This document shows positions 10,238-18,247 of a stretch of 64,000 nt of DNA, piece after piece. Source of the DNA: an uncultured Candidatus Binatia bacterium. GTDB taxonomy: Bacteria > Desulfobacterota > Binatia > UBA9968 > CAXXLF01. Where the stretch lies: contig OZ244621.1 in NCBI GenBank assembly GCA_965218425.1, forward strand, positions 2,624,001 to 2,688,000, in the 5' to 3' direction. Under the pieces are notes generated by a model. The model was not told where the DNA came from. It ran no database searches and saw only the letters and a list, made by a program, of their open reading frames with translations. A program made the translations under genes and the position numbers. Positions within the stretch are counted from its first letter, which is position 1, and each line of letters opens with the position of its first letter.

Positions 10238-10404
10238 TAAGGAGCCATTTCACATGAAGTAGGTCGGGTCTTCATAAAGGGGATGTTTTTTATAAGGTGT
10301 TTGGCAAAGGGATGAAGCGATTCGGATCTTCAGCGAAGGTCATGGCAGTTCCCCAAAGATTGCTGGTAATTTACGACGGAATGGACTAAGGAGGCCCCCT
10401 CAAG

Positions 10405-11820
10405 ATGCCATACAATGACCTGCAAGAGTATCTGGCAAAATTAGAGGAAGCGGGGAAACTACACCATATCACAAAGCCAGTGGATCCAGCCTGGGAGGTG
10501 TCGGCGGTCACAAGAAATATGTTTGAAAACTATTCATGGGACCATCGCAAGGCCCTCTACTTCGACAAGATAGGCCAGAGCCAGTTTCCCTTGGTGGTGG
10601 GTGCCGTGGGGGGCTCCCCCTCCATTTACGCCCTGGCCCTTTCCACCACTGTGGATCAGATTCCGGCACTCTGGGAGAAGGCCCAGCGTGAGCCCATTGA
10701 ACCTGATCTTGTAAAGACAGGTCTATGCAAAGAGGTTGTCACTCAGGATGCCGATCTAGATATACGGATACTCCCTCATGCCATCTGGACCCCGAGTCGC
10801 GATCCGGGCCCCTTTATTACAGCGCCCCTGGTGGTTACCAAGGAGCCAGAGACCGGTAGCCGTAACATCGGAACCTACCGCTTACAAGTAAAAGGCCCGA
10901 AACGTTTGGGAATCTACATGGGCCATGAAAAACACGGCGCCAGGCATCTGCGCAAGTATGAAGAATTGGGAAAGGACATGCCGGTGGCCATTGTTATCGG
11001 GGCGGACCCTGCGATTACGCTCGGCTCGGTTACCAAGTTTGCCTATGGAACCGACGAGTACCGAGTGGCGGGTGGGCTGCGGGGGGAACCATTTCCGCTG
11101 GTAAAATGTGAGACCTCGGACCTGGAGGTGCCTGCCAACGCGGAAATCGTGTTGGAAGGAGTCATGCGAAATGGAGTCCGGGAAGAGGAAGGTCCCTTTG
11201 GGGAATATACGGGTTATATGGGGGTCCATGGGTTAGCCCCGGTGATTGAGCTTCATTGCATGACCCGGCGGCGCAATCCCGTTTATCAAGCATTCCTGAG
11301 CCAAATGCCTCCCAGTGAGTCCAGCTGTATTCGTAGTGTAGGTCGCTCCGCCGCGCTGCGTCGCCACCTGGGCGGGGTGCTGGGCCTGCCGGTCACGGAT
11401 GTTCATTTTACCGAGAGTGGGGGCGCTACCGGCAGGGTAATTATTTCTATGCGTAAGGAGCATCCGCAACAGGTGAAGGAGGTTACCTGGGCCACTTGGG
11501 CCATGATGAACAAGGAGCCGAAGTATCTCATCATCGTGGACGAGGACATCGATATACGAAATCCCTTTGAGGTGGAGTGGGCCATGAGCTTTCGATCCCA
11601 ACCCGGAAAAGATATGTTGGTGGCGAATGACGTCATTGCCATCGGGCTGGATCCTTCAACCGCGCCAGCGGATATCCCTGAACATGACCCCCAGCGCAGA
11701 ATTGGCAGCAGGGTGTCCATCGACGCGACGCGTAAACATACCTATCCGGCCGACTCGCGCGTGCCTAGGGAATATCTTAATAGAGTACGTGAGCGCTGGA
11801 GTGATTATGGTTTCAAATAG
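10405..11820 (+). CDS. UbiD-family decarboxylase (more divergent from the other two)
   Basis: MPYNDLQEYL, DPGPFIT, NIGTYRLQ, EGPFGEYTGY, IIVDEDIDI, IDATRK. Confidence 0.93.
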   Translation: MPYNDLQEYLAKLEEAGKLHHITKPVDPAWEVSAVTRNMFENYSWDHRKALYFDKIGQSQFPLVVGAVGGSPSIYALALSTTVDQIPALWEKAQREPIEPDLVKTGLCKEVVTQDADLDIRILPHAIWTPSRDPGPFITAPLVVTKEPETGSRNIGTYRLQVKGPKRLGIYMGHEKHGARHLRKYEELGKDMPVAIVIGADPAITLGSVTKFAYGTDEYRVAGGLRGEPFPLVKCETSDLEVPANAEIVLEGVMRNGVREEEGPFGEYTGYMGVHGLAPVIELHCMTRRRNPVYQAFLSQMPPSESSCIRSVGRSAALRRHLGGVLGLPVTDVHFTESGGATGRVIISMRKEHPQQVKEVTWATWAMMNKEPKYLIIVDEDIDIRNPFEVEWAMSFRSQPGKDMLVANDVIAIGLDPSTAPADIPEHDPQRRIGSRVSIDATRKHTYPADSRVPREYLNRVRERWSDYGFK

Positions 11821-11879
11821 GACTGAGGGGAGCGTCAGACCTGTCATTATGGCGGAGTTTCAAGAACGGAGGGTGTCCC

Positions 11880-12938
11880 ATGGCGAATATCGTTCAAGAC
11901 GGTGGTTATGTCTTATCCGATCGGACGGAGGCGTTGAAGGGTTTCGAGCAAGAGCTGGAAGCGGCCCATCTGGTGGGGGAATGGCAGATCCCGCGTCAAC
12001 CCGAGCCGAGTCCAGGAGGGGTGCCCCATATTTGGAAGTGGCCCATGATGTTAAACATGATGCGGCAGGCCTGTGAGGTGCTGGGTTTAGAGGAAGGCGG
12101 CCGCCGTAGCATCCTGTTCACCAATCCGGCGATTCCCACCAAAGGGACCATCCTTGGTGTTAGAGTCGGTCTTCAGATGCTGAAACCCCAGGAAGCCGCC
12201 TGGGCCCATCGCCATACCATGTCGGCCCTGAGATTCGTGGTGAAGGGAAATCCCAACGTCTACACGGTGGTGAACGGCGAGAAATTCTACATGGAGGATA
12301 ACGACCTCATTCTAACGCCACAGGGAACCTGGCACCATCATGAGAACCCCACCGATGAATTTCCCATCTGGCTGGATGCCATCGATACGCCGTTTGTGAG
12401 AAATACCAACGCCGTATTTTATGAGCAATCCCCTACCGAAAAGCAGGAAATTGTACAGGACGCGGACAGTACATGGCTCAGGGTGGGTTGGGCTCGACCT
12501 CAATGGAGCAATGTGGAGGAGGCAAGGGTTGGCGTGCCGGTTGCCTACAAGTGGAAGGAAACTTACGAGAGGCTCAAACGTCTAGCCGGCAAAGAGGGAA
12601 GTCCCCACGATGGAATCATCTTGGAATACATCAATCCCATTACCGGCGCCGCCGCCTTCCCAACCATCGGTTGTCACATCCAGATGCTCCGCCCGAGAGA
12701 GCAGACGAAAGAACACCGTCATACCTCGGGGGCCGTCTACTTCGTGGTGCAAGGTGAAGGGGAAAGCAGGGCCGGGGATCAAACCATTCGCTGGTCCAAG
12801 GGAGACGGGTTTGCCGTTCCCAACTGGTCCTGGCACGGCCATAAAAATCTTACGCGGGACGAAGCCATCCTGTTCAGCGTGACGGACGCGCCCATGCTCA
12901 AGGCCGTGGAGCTCTATCGGGAGGAGGGGAAAGCCTAG
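11880..12938 (+). CDS. Gentisate 1,2-dioxygenase / 1-hydroxy-2-naphthoate dioxygenase-like bicupin
   Basis: PHIWKW, RRSILFTNP, AHRHTMSALRF, DLILTPQGTWHHH, WLDAIDTP, LEYINPITG, HRHT, VPNWSWHGH. Confidence 0.88.
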   Translation: MANIVQDGGYVLSDRTEALKGFEQELEAAHLVGEWQIPRQPEPSPGGVPHIWKWPMMLNMMRQACEVLGLEEGGRRSILFTNPAIPTKGTILGVRVGLQMLKPQEAAWAHRHTMSALRFVVKGNPNVYTVVNGEKFYMEDNDLILTPQGTWHHHENPTDEFPIWLDAIDTPFVRNTNAVFYEQSPTEKQEIVQDADSTWLRVGWARPQWSNVEEARVGVPVAYKWKETYERLKRLAGKEGSPHDGIILEYINPITGAAAFPTIGCHIQMLRPREQTKEHRHTSGAVYFVVQGEGESRAGDQTIRWSKGDGFAVPNWSWHGHKNLTRDEAILFSVTDAPMLKAVELYREEGKA

Positions 12939-12963
12939 CGCTTGCGCGCTGCGAGTACTTGAC

Positions 12964-13836
12964 ATGTTGCGCGCTGACCGGTATCAAGATTCGCTGATCT
13001 TTGAGCGCAAGCCGTTTACCTGGCCAGAAAACCGTACCCTCGCCATTTGGGTCGTCCCCAACGTCGAAGTTTATTATTTTGACCAGCTCAGTGGGGTGGT
13101 TATCACTCCCAATGTGCGAGGAACCCTTCCCGATGTGGTCAATTACACCTGGAAGGAGTACGGGATACGGGTAGGTCTCTGGAGGATTGCAGATCTTCTC
13201 GACGAACTGGGGATCAGGGCCACGGTGGCATTAAACTCGGATGTTTGTGAGGTTTTTCCCAAGGTCGTGGACGAGATGAATCAGCGCAAATGGGAATTTA
13301 TGGGTCACGGGGTGACCAACAACCAAAGCCTCATTGGTCTTCCCTTGGAAAAGGAGAGGGAAGTCATTCAAAAAACAGTGGAGACCATCGAACGCTCGGT
13401 GGGTAAGAAGCCCAAAGGTTGGCTTGGGCCAGGGCTGGGGGAGACTGAGAACACGCTGGACCTGTTGGCAGAGACGGGCCTCAACTATGTCGGCGACTGG
13501 TGCCATGACGATCAACCCTATCCCATGAGGGTAAAAAAGGGTGAGATGACCTCTCTCCCGTACTGCATGGAGATCAACGATATCCCCCTCATGCTCAGAA
13601 AAGGATATACAGGCTCGCAGTACTATGAGTCCGTTCGTGATCAGTTCGAGACCCTTTATGCCGACAGTGAAAAGTGCCCGAGGGTTCTGGGGATCCCGCT
13701 TCATCCTTTTATCACCGGCCAGCCGTTGCGGATCCGGTATCTGAAGAATGCTCTTGTGCAAATAAAACAATACGAGCGCGTTTGGTTTGCCACCGGAAGC
13801 GAAATTATTCAATGGTACCGCCAGCACGGCATGTAG
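12964..13836 (+). CDS. Polysaccharide deacetylase family (PuuE/CE4-like) amide hydrolase
   Basis: TWPENRTLAIWVVPNVE, WKEYGIRVG, WEFMGHG, PKGWLGPG, DDQPY, LHPFITGQP, VWFATGSEI. Confidence 0.88.
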   Translation: MLRADRYQDSLIFERKPFTWPENRTLAIWVVPNVEVYYFDQLSGVVITPNVRGTLPDVVNYTWKEYGIRVGLWRIADLLDELGIRATVALNSDVCEVFPKVVDEMNQRKWEFMGHGVTNNQSLIGLPLEKEREVIQKTVETIERSVGKKPKGWLGPGLGETENTLDLLAETGLNYVGDWCHDDQPYPMRVKKGEMTSLPYCMEINDIPLMLRKGYTGSQYYESVRDQFETLYADSEKCPRVLGIPLHPFITGQPLRIRYLKNALVQIKQYERVWFATGSEIIQWYRQHGM

Positions 13837-13870
13837 CAGCTTTATTTTTCACTGGGAGGATGGAGAACCT

Positions 13871-15301
13871 ATGCCTTATCGTGATTTGAGAACGTGGCTC
13901 ATCCAGGTAGAGGAATTGGGCGAGCTGAAAACCATCAAGGGCGCCAACTGGGACCTGGAGATTGGGGTGCTGGCTGAGCATGTCATGCGGGCGAATCAGC
14001 AGCCGGCAGTGATCTTTGATCAGATCGTCGATTATCCCGCGGGTTATCGAATCCTGATCAACGAATCAGGTTCCAGGAAAAGGGCCGCCTTGACCCTGGG
14101 ACTTTCCACTGATCTGGACGAACCGGGGCTTATCCGTGCCTGGCGTGAAAAGCGCAAGTCCATTCGTCCCATTCCGCCTGAGTACGTTCAAGACGGGTCT
14201 ATTCTGGAAAACGTTTTAAAGGATGGCGACATCGACATGTGGAAGTTCCCCACCCCTCGATGGCACGAGCACGACGGTGGACGTTACCTTGGCACCGGGG
14301 ATGCCATTATAACCAGGGACCGAGAAAACAACTCCCTGAATATGGGTACCTATCGAGTCATGGTGCACGATCGAGGTCACATCTTCGTCTACATCTCGCC
14401 CAGTCATGACGGTCGTATCCATCGCGACAAGTGGTTTGCCAAGAATGAACCGATGCCCGTGGTGGCCATATTCGGCGCAGATCCACTTCTTCACATGGTT
14501 GCCAGTTGGTCAATGCCCCACGGGCAATTTGAAGTTGAATTTGCAGGTGGAATCAAAGGCGAGGCCATCCGGGTCATAAAAGGCCCGGTTACGGGGCTCC
14601 CCATACCGGCCGACGCAGAAATCGCCGTGGAAGGCTTTGTGATGCCTGACGATCGTAGACCCGAAGGGCCTTTCGGAGAATGGACGGGTTACTATGGGAG
14701 CGGTGCCAGAGAAGAACCCGTGGTCCGGGTAAAGGCCCTCTATCACCGTAACGATCCCATCATATTAGGTTCCCCGCCCGTTAAGCCGCCATCGGGTAAG
14801 GTATATATGCAATCGATTCTGCGATCGGCGGCCATTTACGAGCAGCTGGAGGCCGCGGGTGTCCCGGGGGTGAAGGGGATCTGGTTTCATGAGGTGGGCG
14901 GAGGGCATATGTTGAATGTGGTTTCCATCCAACAGCTCTATCCGGGGCATGCCAGGCAGGCGGCTGCCATTGTCTGTCAGTCCCGCGGGGGCGCCTATAT
15001 GGGACGCTATGTGATCGTGGTGGACGAGGACGTCAATCCAAGGGATTTGCCGGAGGTAATGTGGGCCGTCTGCACAAGGAGTGACCCGGTTCAGGATATC
15101 GATATCATCCGCCGTTGCCTGAGCGGTCCCCTGGATCCCATGATTTCACCTGAGAAAAGAAAACGCCGTGATTTTGGGACCTCACGAGCCATTATCGACG
15201 CCACGCGTCCCTTTGAATGGCGAAGTGATTTCCCCCGTGTCTCCGAATCAAGCCCGGAGCTCAAGGAAAAAGTGCTGGCCAAGTGGCAGTCGCAGCTTTA
15301 A
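13871..15301 (+). CDS. UbiD-family decarboxylase (close relative of 490-1908)
   Basis: MPYRDLR after GGAG RBS; KFPTPRWHEHDGGRY, MGTYRVM, EGPFGEWTGYY, VVDEDVNP. Confidence 0.93.
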   Translation: MPYRDLRTWLIQVEELGELKTIKGANWDLEIGVLAEHVMRANQQPAVIFDQIVDYPAGYRILINESGSRKRAALTLGLSTDLDEPGLIRAWREKRKSIRPIPPEYVQDGSILENVLKDGDIDMWKFPTPRWHEHDGGRYLGTGDAIITRDRENNSLNMGTYRVMVHDRGHIFVYISPSHDGRIHRDKWFAKNEPMPVVAIFGADPLLHMVASWSMPHGQFEVEFAGGIKGEAIRVIKGPVTGLPIPADAEIAVEGFVMPDDRRPEGPFGEWTGYYGSGAREEPVVRVKALYHRNDPIILGSPPVKPPSGKVYMQSILRSAAIYEQLEAAGVPGVKGIWFHEVGGGHMLNVVSIQQLYPGHARQAAAIVCQSRGGAYMGRYVIVVDEDVNPRDLPEVMWAVCTRSDPVQDIDIIRRCLSGPLDPMISPEKRKRRDFGTSRAIIDATRPFEWRSDFPRVSESSPELKEKVLAKWQSQL

Positions 15302-15349
15302 ATAGCTGATAGCCGCAGGTCAAGACAGACGAATCACTCTCTACTAACA

Positions 15350-15479
15350 TAACCGTAGATTTCCGCCGATTGTTGACAGCGTAGAGCATAGCGCATGGTG
15401 TCCGGATCTCTCTTTCAGCCCTTTTTCGATCTTCAATTCTCTATTCTCATCCCTCCCCACTCAGTCCTCAGCACTCGTT
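15350..15479 (+). repeat. Dispersed intergenic repeat family A, copy 1 (inverted copy at 55329-55475)
   Basis: Shares exact 22-mer GTCCGGATCTCTCTTTCAGCCC, 15-mer CACTCAGTCCTCAGC and a TAACCGYAGATTTYCGCCGATT head with the reverse complement of 55329-55475. Confidence 0.8.
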
Positions 15480-15629
15480 ACTCAGTACTGAGTCCGCTTT
15501 GGGCTCTGCGCTTAGCGCTTAGCTGTCAACGATTGGTACCCCCCATGGCGTCTAGTTCTGGTATCTAGTATATTTCTTAACTTTGCGCCTTTTACCAAAC
15601 CATTCAGGGTACGTGCAGTAAAACCGAAC

Positions 15630-18062
15630 ATGTTAAAGTTTGGCAGGTTCAGACAGGATTGGCTTCTGGGGATAGCCTTTGTCTGTTTTTTCATATCGGG
15701 CATGTCGGGTCTGATCTACGAGGTGGTTTGGACCCGGATGCTGACCCAAATCTTTGGCAACACCACCTATGCGGTTGCCACTGTGCTAACCGCTTTCATG
15801 GGAGGGTTGGCGCTAGGTAGTTACCTCTTTGGCCTTTTGGCCGATCAGGGCAAGAATAATTTTTTTCTCTATGGTGCTCTTGAAGCCGGCGTGGGACTCT
15901 ATGGATTTCTCATTCCCTGGCTTTTTAAATGGGTACAGTGGGTTTATGTCCCCCTTTTCTCGCTGAGTCAGTCTCATCCTTTTACTTTTAATCTCTTCCT
16001 CTTTTTACTCTCCTTCATATTTTTAATGATTCCTACCCTGATAATGGGGGCGACCCTTCCGGTGCTCAGCCGCTTCTTTATCGTCAGCTTCAGTCACGTT
16101 GGACGTAGGGTGGGAGACCTCTACGCCACCAACACCATGGGAGCGGTCCTGGGATGTGCATTGGCAGGCTACTGGTTGATTCCTGCCGTGGGGATGCGAG
16201 TCACCGTTTATGTCGCTGCTACCCTCAATGTTCTGATTGCTTTGGTGATTTTTGCAGTGGACCGGGCGCGGGACAAGGAGTTCGAGTTTAACATGGGAAG
16301 TGATGACCCTGTTTCGTTGGGAAAAAAACCTGCCGAGGCGGTTTCCTCTCTGGGTTGGGTACTTCTCGTTTCCATCGGCCTTTCCGGATTTGCAGCCTTG
16401 GTTTATGAAAACAGTTGGACTCGCGCCTTGACCATGGTCATCGGAAGCTCTGTGTATTCTTTTACCACCATGCTGGTGACCTTTCTTGTTGGCCTTTCAC
16501 TTGGAGGGTTCCTCTATGCACGACTGTTCGGAAGGCGCGAAGTGGGACTAAGCACCTTTGGGATCATTCAACTGTTGGCTGGTTTTGCGGCTTTGACCAC
16601 CATTCCGCTGTTCGAAAGATTACCGCTGCTTTTTCTCCGGCTGCTCCATGCCCTTGGGGACTCTTTCTCCCTCTTCCTGTCCATCCAACTGCTTCTCTGC
16701 GCGCTGGTCATGTTGCTCCCGACGGTGCTCCTGGGGATGACCTTTCCGCTGGTAGCCCAACTCTTTACCCAGAAACTCTACCGTGTAGGAAGTAGTGTGG
16801 GAACCTCCTATGCCGCAAATACCCTGGGGGCGATCCTCGGTGCTTTTGCCGGTGGATTTATCTTTATTCCATGGATCGGCATACAGAGTAGCATTGTTCT
16901 GGGCGTAGCACTGAACCTGACAGTGGGGTGGTTTCTACTGGTTCTGGACCCCCGCTCCGCCCTACTGCGTCGATTTGCCGTTGGTCTACTGGTTCTGGTG
17001 GCAGTTATCCTCATTCCATCAGCAATCCCACGTTGGGATCCTCGCATCATTACCAGCGGGGTTTCCATCTATGACGATGTATTTGAAGAGTTTGAAACTG
17101 ACGCTTTGCGACGAGAAGAAATGCGTAGGGACGAAATTGTTTACTACAAGGAAGGGTTAACCGCTACCATCAGTGTCCATCGAGGCGCATCAGACTACCT
17201 CTACTTTAAGACCAACGGAAAGGTGGACGGCTCCCATGGAGATGCTTTGACCCAGTTGATGATCGGTTACATCCCGCTGTTGCTAAATCCCACTGCCAAG
17301 AGCGTTGCAGTAATTGGTCTCGGCACCGGTATGACCGCCAAGGCGGTGGGCGCCTTTCCTATACAAGAGATGGAGATTCTTGAGATCGAGCCTGCCATGG
17401 CCGAGGCTGCCCGTTATTTTGATGACTATAACGAAAATATACTGGACGATCCAAGGGTGCGATTGGTTTTTGCGGACGGTCGGAACTATATTCTTGCCAC
17501 TCCAAAACTATACGACGTGATTACCTCAGAACCTTCCAACCCGTGGATTGCTGGCATTGCCAATCTCTATACCCGGGAATTTTACGAAGTTGTGAGGTCC
17601 AAGCTCAGAGGCAATGGAACATTTGCTCAATGGTTTCATAACTATTCCATGTCCTTGAATGATTTTCGAATGGTGTTTCGTACCTTCGGGGAGGTGTTCC
17701 CCCAGGTTTCGGTTTGGGAGTTAGGGGGAGAGGATTACCTGTTGGTTGGAAGCAACAAGGAACAGGTTTTTGACTACACTGCCCTGGCACCGATTTATTC
17801 CAATAGCCGAACATTGAGTGAAGATTTCAAAGAATTAGGATTAACCGATATCCATGAAGTCCTCTCATTTTACCGAATGGGAAGAAGAGAGCTCATGGCC
17901 TTTAGCAAAGGTGCGGAAGTCAACACAGATGACGGTGCTCAGTTGGAGTATTCTGCGCCGAAAAATGTTGGTTATGACAGTGTGGACGACATCCGCGAGC
18001 AGATGGAGCCCTATATTGTCAAAGCCCCATGGCTTGGGTCCAAATCGGATCTGTGGGATTAA
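15630..18062 (+). CDS. Fused MFS-like membrane domain / spermidine synthase-like SAM-fold protein
   Basis: SGMSGLIYEVVWTR, LYATNTMGA repeats, many TM helices; C-terminal VIGLGTGMT, LEIEP, ADGRNY, YDVITSEPSNPW. Confidence 0.88.
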   Translation: MLKFGRFRQDWLLGIAFVCFFISGMSGLIYEVVWTRMLTQIFGNTTYAVATVLTAFMGGLALGSYLFGLLADQGKNNFFLYGALEAGVGLYGFLIPWLFKWVQWVYVPLFSLSQSHPFTFNLFLFLLSFIFLMIPTLIMGATLPVLSRFFIVSFSHVGRRVGDLYATNTMGAVLGCALAGYWLIPAVGMRVTVYVAATLNVLIALVIFAVDRARDKEFEFNMGSDDPVSLGKKPAEAVSSLGWVLLVSIGLSGFAALVYENSWTRALTMVIGSSVYSFTTMLVTFLVGLSLGGFLYARLFGRREVGLSTFGIIQLLAGFAALTTIPLFERLPLLFLRLLHALGDSFSLFLSIQLLLCALVMLLPTVLLGMTFPLVAQLFTQKLYRVGSSVGTSYAANTLGAILGAFAGGFIFIPWIGIQSSIVLGVALNLTVGWFLLVLDPRSALLRRFAVGLLVLVAVILIPSAIPRWDPRIITSGVSIYDDVFEEFETDALRREEMRRDEIVYYKEGLTATISVHRGASDYLYFKTNGKVDGSHGDALTQLMIGYIPLLLNPTAKSVAVIGLGTGMTAKAVGAFPIQEMEILEIEPAMAEAARYFDDYNENILDDPRVRLVFADGRNYILATPKLYDVITSEPSNPWIAGIANLYTREFYEVVRSKLRGNGTFAQWFHNYSMSLNDFRMVFRTFGEVFPQVSVWELGGEDYLLVGSNKEQVFDYTALAPIYSNSRTLSEDFKELGLTDIHEVLSFYRMGRRELMAFSKGAEVNTDDGAQLEYSAPKNVGYDSVDDIREQMEPYIVKAPWLGSKSDLWD

Positions 18063-18090
18063 AAGGTGTCAAAACTCACCATGGAGGTTG

Positions 18091-18210
18091 ACCCCGATCC
18101 GACATTAATTGTTCCAAGAAATCGGCCCCTGCGAGTCCCTTGCGATGAGCTATGGTTTAAGCTCATTCCTTCTCGATCATGATGAGATCCTATTTGGGTC
18201 GGATCGGGGT
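18091..18210. repeat. 13-bp perfect inverted repeat pair enclosing ~94 bp (MITE-like remnant)
   Basis: ACCCCGATCCGAC (18091-18103) / GTCGGATCGGGGT (18198-18210). Confidence 0.5.
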
Positions 18211-18238
18211 TGACGGTTCAGATTGCTCCTTGTATAAG
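18210..18238 (+). promoter_or_regulatory. Sigma70-like promoter
   Basis: TTGACG-N17-TATAAG, ending 9 nt before ATG 18248 (near-leaderless). Confidence 0.45.
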
Positions 18239-18247
18239 CCGCTAACA

